Source: an uncultured Planctomycetia bacterium (GTDB lineage Bacteria; Omnitrophota; Gorgyraeia; Kaelpiales; Kaelpiaceae). Taken from it: a stretch of DNA of 41,187 nt. A program made the position numbers and the translations under genes. Below are positions 30,300 to 38,500 of this stretch, piece after piece. The stretch spans positions 1-41,187 of the forward strand of contig CAZVIC010000001.1 of NCBI GenBank assembly GCA_964627735.1, in the 5' to 3' direction. Below the pieces are notes generated by a model. The model saw only the letters and a list, made by a program, of their open reading frames with translations. It ran no database searches and was not told the DNA's origin. How positions within the stretch are numbered: position 1 is the stretch's first letter; the number at the start of each line of letters is the position of its first letter.

Positions 30300-30788
30300 A
30301 TGAATTGTAAATGTTGCTTTTTCTCGGTGATAACGACTTTTTTGCTAATCTTGACTATTTCTCCAATCACTATTAATGCGCTAGAGCCAGTAGAACTCGA
30401 ATTTTTCGCAGGGCCTTGCAATTCTGAGCAAGCGCATGCTTGGGTTGAATCAACTCTTGGAATAAAGCATGTTGAATGGCTAGATAATACTACCTTAAAA
30501 ATAAAAGCTTTTGTAAGTTTGAATTGTGCTTCAAAGGTTGCTAAGGGAGATTATGAAATAACCTCTGACACAATTATTCTTAAATACATATGGGCGAATC
30601 CCACAAAATATGGTGGCGAAATGAGGGCTAAATGTATGTGTGCACAAGAATTGAATTATATATTCAAAAATTTAGAGAAAAAAGATTATCAATTCAAATT
30701 GGAGTCTAAAAAGGATATGTCTTATTCATCAGAAACGTTGGAGAAATTTGGCAATACTACACAAAATACTACACAAGAAAAGAAATGA
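30300..30788 (+). CDS. hypothetical secreted cysteine-containing protein (orphan cargo between the tRNA-Asp repeats)
   Basis: 162 aa. Signal peptide MNCKCCFFSVITTFLLILTISPITINA, SD AAGGATGG, and a C-terminal NTTQNTTQ tandem. I recognise no family. Confidence 0.6.
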   Translation: MNCKCCFFSVITTFLLILTISPITINALEPVELEFFAGPCNSEQAHAWVESTLGIKHVEWLDNTTLKIKAFVSLNCASKVAKGDYEITSDTIILKYIWANPTKYGGEMRAKCMCAQELNYIFKNLEKKDYQFKLESKKDMSYSSETLEKFGNTTQNTTQEKK

Positions 30789-30837
30789 ATAGTAATATTG
30801 TTAGGACGGTAAGGGAGTTAGAAGTTATAGGGATACA

Positions 30838-30860
30838 ATTCCCGTCGTCCCCGTCTTTAA
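30838..30860. repeat. direct repeat copy 2 (ATTCCCGTCGTCCCCGTCTTTAA), preceded by a degenerate tRNA-like stub (about 30803-30853)
   Basis: Perfect 23/23 match to 30103-30125. Upstream AGGACG (30803-30808) can pair with CGTCC (30846-30850), and GGGA/TCCC forms a T-arm-like stem. Confidence 0.9.
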
Positions 30861-30915
30861 TCAAAAAAGTAGATCTTAACATCTATCTGTCTATAGCCTT
30901 TGACTCTTTAAGGAT

Positions 30916-32364
30916 ATGAGAAGAAATGACTGGTTTTTGCCGGTAGCCATAATAATAACAGCAGCACTTTTAAGGTCATATAGCTTAGGTACTCATTTTC
31001 TTTGGATAGACGAAGGAACTGGTTGGTATGTAGCAAAGTTTTTGAGCTTAAAAGATCTTTGGGCAAACAGAATCTATGTAGGACATTTTCCATTCTATTT
31101 TCTGTTTTTAAAGTTTTGGATTATGTTTTTTGGAGATTCAGAGTTTTCTTTGCGTCTACCTTCTTTAATTCCCTCCGTGATTGCGCTGGTAGTTTTTTTT
31201 AATATAAGCAAGTTGCTTTTAAAGACCAACATTGCAAGGCTTTGGTCTCTCTTTATCTTCTCTTTTTCGGTCTATAGCCTAACTCTTGCTCAGGAAGCAA
31301 GGATGTATTCAGTAGCTTTACTTTTATTCTGCTTTTTGATTTTTTTTCTAATTAAAATTATTGAGGATTATCCAAAATATTATTTCTTATATTCCTGTTC
31401 GCTTTTTTTGTTTCTACTAAATGGTAGTGTTTGTATAATCCCATATTTAGGATTATTGTTTTTTCTTTTACTTAAATTTAAAAATAAGATTTATAGAAAA
31501 ATATCTTTTTTAACTGTTTCCGTTTTAATTCCTTTTTTATTTCTATACTATTCAATGTTAGTTAAGTCTCTCAATGTGGATATTGGAGGTTATTATCTTA
31601 AACATAATTTTGTTCTTGAAACGCATCTATTTAATATACTTGGTTGGATTTTAAGATTCTTCAAAGATGTAGTCGGTTTTTCTGAGACAACTTTTTATAA
31701 TCTCTCTTATGGATTAACGTTAGTTTACTTCCTAGTATTTGTTTTGTTTTTATTGTTAGCTGTTTTCGGACTATTAAAGCTATCTAAAGAGTATAGAGAG
31801 ATTGCTTTAATGTTAATAGCAGTCTCTTTTTTATCCTTGCTTTTGAGCTATAAGTTTGAATCTCGTTATTTTTTTCATCTATTACCGTTTATAGCGATAG
31901 GCTGGGGAAATGCTATCTCTATGCTCTACAGCAAAAATAAGAAGCTAACAATGTTATTTATTCTTCTTTGGGGCGGTCTTTACACTAATGATACTATATT
32001 ATATTTTAAGGTTCCCAAGAGCGCTTGGGGTAATATTGCAGATTATATTGAAGATAATGAATCTTCTCAGGATGAAATATGGCTATTGCCTGATTTTTCA
32101 CACAGTGTTTTCAGTTATTACTATAGTGGGGAGAGTAAAATTATAGCAATAAAGTCAGCTGAAATACCTACCGTAGATAAAAAATCAGGAATCTGGTATT
32201 TAGTCTGGTCTAATGTAAAACTTCCATGGGTTGGGGGCAGGCATGCTATTGAAAAGGATAGATTTTTAAAAAGCTTGCTCTATCTTAAAGCTGATTTAGA
32301 GATGTCGAAATATTTTGTGACCAAAAATGGAGAGGTTGAATTACATTATTATATAGTAAAATGA
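30916..32364 (+). CDS. GT-C fold membrane glycosyltransferase (PMT_2 / ArnT / GT39-GT83-like; polyprenyl-phosphate-sugar dependent)
   Basis: 482 aa with about 11-13 TM helices. First-loop acidic motif LWIDEGTGWY, then SEFSLRLPSLIPSVIALVVFF, typical of the ArnT/PMT_2 family. C-terminal ~130-aa soluble (periplasmic) domain. Confidence 0.75.
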   Translation: MRRNDWFLPVAIIITAALLRSYSLGTHFLWIDEGTGWYVAKFLSLKDLWANRIYVGHFPFYFLFLKFWIMFFGDSEFSLRLPSLIPSVIALVVFFNISKLLLKTNIARLWSLFIFSFSVYSLTLAQEARMYSVALLLFCFLIFFLIKIIEDYPKYYFLYSCSLFLFLLNGSVCIIPYLGLLFFLLLKFKNKIYRKISFLTVSVLIPFLFLYYSMLVKSLNVDIGGYYLKHNFVLETHLFNILGWILRFFKDVVGFSETTFYNLSYGLTLVYFLVFVLFLLLAVFGLLKLSKEYREIALMLIAVSFLSLLLSYKFESRYFFHLLPFIAIGWGNAISMLYSKNKKLTMLFILLWGGLYTNDTILYFKVPKSAWGNIADYIEDNESSQDEIWLLPDFSHSVFSYYYSGESKIIAIKSAEIPTVDKKSGIWYLVWSNVKLPWVGGRHAIEKDRFLKSLLYLKADLEMSKYFVTKNGEVELHYYIVK

Positions 32365-32416
32365 GAGTTTTCTTATTGTCAATCTTTTAAGAATATTATC
32401 TAGTATATATTAATAG

Positions 32417-32445
32417 TTGCATTTTTTTGAGTCGTATTATATAAT
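32417..32445 (+). promoter_or_regulatory. near-consensus sigma70 promoter TTGCAT-17 nt-TATAAT upstream of the 2,067-aa gene
   Basis: Read directly: TTGCAT 32417-32422 and TATAAT 32440-32445. This predicts a leader of about 80 nt. Confidence 0.5.
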
Positions 32446-32532
32446 TCCTACTCCACATAAAGCCTTGATTAAGATGGGGATGGAGGGTTGTTGGGAATCC
32501 GATGGTTTTAATTAGCTGAAATATTTAAAGTT

Positions 32533-35500
32533 ATGAGGATAAAAAAGGCACTTTTTAAAAAAAATAATTATTATTTAGGGATAATTGTATTTTTTTTAGT
32601 TTCATTCTTTTTCTCTCTTCCAGGTTTTTCTAAGTCTAATGCTGACAATTCTTTTGGTATTTTAGATTCAAATCAGAAAGGAACTTTTAATATTGGAATT
32701 GCTCTGGGTTCAACAGATAGGGTTTTTGACGAATCCTTAGACAAAGATATCTTAAGATTTAAATATTGGCTACCTCAGGGTTCTATTGTAGGGGTATGGA
32801 CAAAAGGCTATCCCGATGGCTTAGGTAAGGAGAATGTGGATGCTGTTAAGGTCTCTCTTAGAGCTCTTAGTAAAAAACAGCTTGAAGAGGTTGCTGTAAA
32901 GATGGAAATCAAGGGTTCCAGTTCTATGCAGTCAATACCTCTTGTTCTAAAAAATGGTTGGAGTTGTTTTCAAGAGGAGGTTGCTTGGAATACAATAGGT
33001 GATCTTCAAGAGGTATGCTTTGTTGTAACTACTATATCAGGTTTAGATGATGCTACTATCTCTAAGGATGTTTCAGGAGATAAAGCTTTAGAGGGTTTTC
33101 TGTTCTTTGATGTCGAGTTCTACAAGCAGAGTTTTTTGCATAAAAATTATATTTTCTTTAGATTGGCTCTGGTTCTTTTGCTAAGCATAATTATAGGTTT
33201 TGTTGTTAATTTAGTAACCAAGTCGCTGAAAATGAAGCCTAAAAAAAGAAAACTGGCAGCCAAAGCTAAACCTATTTCTTCAGATATCTCTACCCTTACT
33301 AAAATAAAAAGAGATTTACTTTACGGATTAACGTCAGCATTAATAGTTGCGGTTGCCTTTGGGGTATGTTTTCTTAGTACAATCTGTCCGCTAAGTAATG
33401 GTTTTAGTTTGGAATTCATCTTTTTTGGTTTAATAGGTGCGGTCATATCAGAGTTGCTTAAGTTTACAATTACAGGTAGACATCTTAGTCCTTTTCAAGC
33501 ATTTAAGAATGCTTTAATTGTTGGGCTTTTAGCTGCTTCTTCAAGTAGACTTGGAATTCTATTTGCTCCTTCAACATTTGGTCAGGTCTTGATGTTAAAT
33601 AGATATATTGCTGTTATTATCTTTTTAATCTATCAGATGTCCAATGCACGTTCTTTGGCAATTGATGGTAAGCATGTTGGTGTTTTTACAAGTTTTTCAA
33701 TAATATTAACGCCCTATATTTTTAATTGGTTAATGCTTTTGCAGACCCCTATACTTCTTGGGCAGTTAGGTAATATTTTAACTCTAGGGGTTTTATCGTC
33801 GTTTCAAGGTTTTCTGGAAGCTTTGGGTAGAGTTATTGTTCTATTTGGATTTAACGAGGCTATTGCAAATGGCTTTAGTTTGGTCATAAAGAAGGAGCTG
33901 CTTAAGAAGCGCAAACTCCATCTCTTTATTTTACTTATCTCAGTGGGTGTTGTTCTTGCGCCTGTAATAGCAGATTTAGGTTCTACTGCTAAGGTTGGTT
34001 CTCTGCCTGAGGTGGTTAAGATCTTTGTGGTTATATTAACAACCATGTTCTCTTTTGCAGGACTATGGGGCATAGTCTATTTCTTAACAGGAATAGCTCT
34101 TGATTATGGACGTAGAATAGCTCCTTCATGGGAGAGCGTAACTAGTCATGTGAAGACAGGAGTCAAGAAGGGTATGGCTTACAGCGCTCTTCTAATGGGT
34201 TTTATATATTCTGTCTATCTGTTACTAGATTTTAATATACTGCAGTTAGTAGCAGAGAAGACCCCTCTTTTTTTAGGTGTTTTTATTGGGGCTTTGACTT
34301 TGCCGCTATTTAAAACAATTATAGAGACTTTTGATGGTAGTCTGCCTTTTTTTCAGAGAGCACGTTACAACTATCGTGACCATGTTCTTTATGCAAGAGG
34401 TGTTATTTTAGGTCTAGGAGTTGCCTATGCCTTAAGCAATGATTTTATTAATTGGGGTATGTCAAATAGGGTTTTATTTGGTGCTGTTCTTGGTATCTTC
34501 TCATCTGCAGGCATAAGTATCCTTAGAGATGTTTTTTATAAGTCCAAATCTCAGGGGCGGATTCAATCCTGGAGGAGGTATTTAGTCGATGCTATTCTAG
34601 GTGCTTTTATTGGCAGCGCACTAGCTTTCTACCTTGATGCTTTGCAGGTCCCAGTTGTCGTAGAGAAGTTTAAATTGTATACAAGTTCAGGTTTTAAAGC
34701 CGTTGAATATATTACTTATCCTTTGGTTAACAGGTGGGGAAGGATAGATCTAGGAAACTATAGCGGTGGAGTCAGGTTGTTGTTTGACGAATCACTCGCC
34801 GGAGTAATTAACTGGGCTGTTGCTGCTTGGCTATTTGCTATAAACAAAGTCTTTCTTCTTGCTCTTTTTGAAAAACATAAAACACCGATTAAGTTTTTCT
34901 TCTCAAGAGAGGGGCTCTCTCAGCTTATAGAGCATATGATATACGTCTTGCGTTGGGGTTTATGGATGTCACCCATTATATTTACTTTTTTGCGGATGAT
35001 GCCAGATCCAACATGGTACAACCAGGATGGAGCTATCCGTACGCTCTTTGCTATATATCACAATTTAACGATGTCAGATCAGGCATTTAGGCAGTGGAGT
35101 CTCAATCTTTTTGTATATGTTCTTGCTTTTGATTTTTTCCGGGTTCTTATCTGGATGGATCATATGGGCCTACGTGTTGCAACTCTGGTTAACTTGAGTT
35201 TTATAGGATTAGACAAGCTTGACGATAAAGTTGCGCGGTTTATTAAGATGGATACAGCTCAACGTTATATTCCAGAAGCTGTTAAAAGATTTTGCACTTG
35301 GGGTCCTCTTTTAATACCGTTCTATATTCCAAGAGGAGAGGATTGGAACTATGCTTGGAATAAATCAGGGGCTATACGTGATTCTCTTGGAGGAGGTATC
35401 TTTGCTTTTTTAGAGGGCGTTAGATTACATCAGATGCTCTTATCATTTATTGTTGCAATATTTGTTTTTAGTGTAGCATCGTTTTTAATCCGCTCTTTTA

Positions 35501-38500
35501 GACGGCGTTCCAAAAAGAAATGCATAAAGGTTTATCATCTTGCTAACAAAGTTGGATATAGAACTTTTCTTAAGGAAAATGGAGAGATATATAGTCAGGT
35601 TGATCATAAAAAGAGCAGCGTCTATCCTCCGGAATATGATATCACCAGGCGATCCTATGATCTTATAGACCCTTGCGGTAGGATTCTCTATTTAGTTGAT
35701 ACTTCTGTTGAATCTAATCAGCGCTATTGGCCTGTAGTTGGCAACTTCCCTGAAGATAAATTCCGATCTTCTAAAATCAGTGCTAATCTAAATTCTCTAA
35801 AAGTTGTTAACTCTTCAAACGGTATTGAAACTACTGTTGATATAACTTTACCTAATCAAGATAGCAGGGTTGAGATTTGGAAGATAAATATCAAAAACCT
35901 TAAAAATGATAAGCGCAATTTAAAGGTTGTTCCTTACTTAGAATGGGTTCTTAATGGAGGCTTACATGATAGGTTCCATACTCAATATGCACGGCTATTC
36001 CCTGAGATGGAGTATGTTAGCGGGTTCAATACTCTTCTATCCTGGCAAAAGTGTACTAATTCTATGGGTATTTTAGCAACCGATGTATCTCCAGAAGGTA
36101 TTTTGTTTTCCAGAATGGATTTTATAGGTCGTGCCCAAAGTATCTGGCATCCAAGAGTGCTTGATACTTTAGATTTCATGAAGGCTCAGAATACCGAACG
36201 TTATCCGACTTTCGATCCGATTGGAAGTCTTATGCTTAATGTGGATCTCGATCCTAAATCTTCTAAGACCATACATCTTATGATTGGCTATGAAGAGAGT
36301 CGTAGTTCTGCTCTTGATTTGGTGAAGAGAACATTAAAACCTAAACAGACTGCTGTAGATTACGAACCCAAAAGAGAGAAAAAACTGCTTATTGGTCATG
36401 GAGAGATTCTTCCTGGAACACCACAGCCTTATTCTGAATACGTAGAGAATGGAAATAAGATATTAGTCCGTACTCCTTATACTCCCAGACCTTATGATCA
36501 TGCTATGTCTAACTCTCTAGGGCATTCTGTTATGGTTACGAATCGTGGCCTTCATACATCTTGTAACGGAAACTCTCAGCAGAACCGCTTGACTCCAGAT
36601 TGGTCTGATACTGTTACAAGAGAGATTCCTGGGGAGGCAATATACTTATATGACATAGATGAAAATAGGTGGTACTCTCCTACCTATTTCCCGCTTAATG
36701 ATAATAGCGTTAAGAATACATCTGAATTCAGCGTTGATGGTAGTGCAGTTTTTAATATGAAAGGAAAAGATATCTCAACCGAGCTTACCGTTTTTGTACC
36801 TCCAGATGAACCTTTAGGTGTCTATCTTTTGAAGATAAAAAATAATAGTGGTCGCAAGAAGAGATTTCGTGTTGCTCCTTATTTTCAGATGGTACTTGAG
36901 TTTATGCCTGAACGATCAGGTGAGTTACTAATAAACTATGATAAAGATAACGATGCTATTCTGTTTCACAATCCGCGCAATATGTTCCGTAAAGGTTGGG
37001 CTTTTGTATCAAGTTCAATCCATTCTGAGAGCATAGAGACAAAAAGAGGTAGGTTCTTTGGTTCAGGTCGAGGTGTGACCAAACCATTTATGGTAGAGAA
37101 GGGCAGAGCTGATAGTACTCAACTTTGTGACGACAGCCAGATAGCTGCTCTTTTAAATACGGTGGATATTCCTGCAGGTGGAGATTGTACGGTTGCATTT
37201 ATTTTGGGTCAGACAGATAAAAGAGATGAGGCGCTTAAGCTGGTTAAGAAATATAAAAGCTTGGATTATGTTAACAAGAGCCTTGATAATACACGTAGCT
37301 GGTGGTTAAGCTTCGTAGAAACAGTAGAGGTTAAAACAAATCAGGTTGAGTTTGATCGTTATCAAAATTGGCTTAAATACCAGGCTTTGGCAGAGAGGAT
37401 CTGGGCTCGAAGAGGTTTTTATCAGACAAGCGGAGCATTTGGCTTTAGAGATCAGCTTCAGGATTCTGTAAACCTTATCTGGGTAGACCCCATGTTGGCT
37501 AGGAAACAGATTATTCTTCATGCTTCTCACCAATTCTTTGAAGGAGACGTTTATCACTGGTTCTTTACTCAGCTTGATGGTAGAACTGCTTTTGCCTGTC
37601 GTTCTCATGCCTCAGATAATCCTCTTTGGCTTTCTTGGGCTATTGTAGAGTACGTTAGAATGACCGGTGATAATTCGCTTTTAGATGAAACAGCATCCTA
37701 TGTATGGTCAGAGTTTCCCTTTGCTGATCTACCACACAATAAGACAGGCTGGGGTCATATCTACCATCGTTCAACCAGAGCAGAGTCTATCTATAAACAT
37801 GCTTTAAGGTCTATAGATCTTATTTTAGAAAAACGGTTAGGAGAACATGGAATACCATTGATAAGGACCGGAGACTGGAATGACGGTTTGGATGAAATAG
37901 GGAGCGAAGGAAGAGGTGAGAGTATATGGTTAGGATTCTTCCTATATTACATCTTAAGGCATATGCTTCCTATAATTGAGAAAGAAGAAGGTCTTGATAG
38001 AAAAGAACACTACTTAAGAAAATTGCAGAAATTAGAGAATGCTCTTGAAGGTACTTGGAGAGAAGATAGATATTTACGAGCTATTCACGATGATGGCACT
38101 GAGATTGGAATAAAAGATAGTGGTGTCTGGGAGATAGATGCTCTGACTGCTGCTTGGGCTGTTAAAGCTGGTGTAAACCTAGAAAGGTCACTTATAGTAT
38201 TCCATACTGCACTAGAGGTGCTTGAAAAAGAAGATGTTGTCTTACTTGGTTGGCCGGCATTGCGTGAAGATACAAAGCCTTACCTTGGGAGAAGCTCTAG
38301 GTATCCTGAGGGAGTTCGTGAGAACGGTATGTATTGTCATGGTGTACAATGGCTTATAAAGGCATCTAGAGTCCTTGCAGAGCGTTTTGAGAAGCTAGGG
38401 GACTATAAGAAGGCTGATGAGTATAGAGCTATAAGCTATAGACTTTGGCGTAAGATTACACCCATTGATCATGTAATAGGGGATAAAATAGAAATTTATG

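Noticed and set aside
30088-30303. 71-aa ORF starting inside tRNA-Asp
   Set aside because: It begins within the tRNA and the att-like repeat and has no SD. The sequence is AT-rich intergenic-like, and the product has no recognisable features.
30751-30774. Tandem 12-nt duplication AATACTACACAA x2 (NTTQNTTQ)
   Set aside because: There are only two copies, inside the 3' end of a CDS. It is a simple slippage duplication, not a repeat array.
32474-32515. 13-codon uORF (MGMEGCWESDGFN) in the leader of the giant gene
   Set aside because: It has no SD and nothing supports translation. I mention the region only as a G-rich block of the leader.
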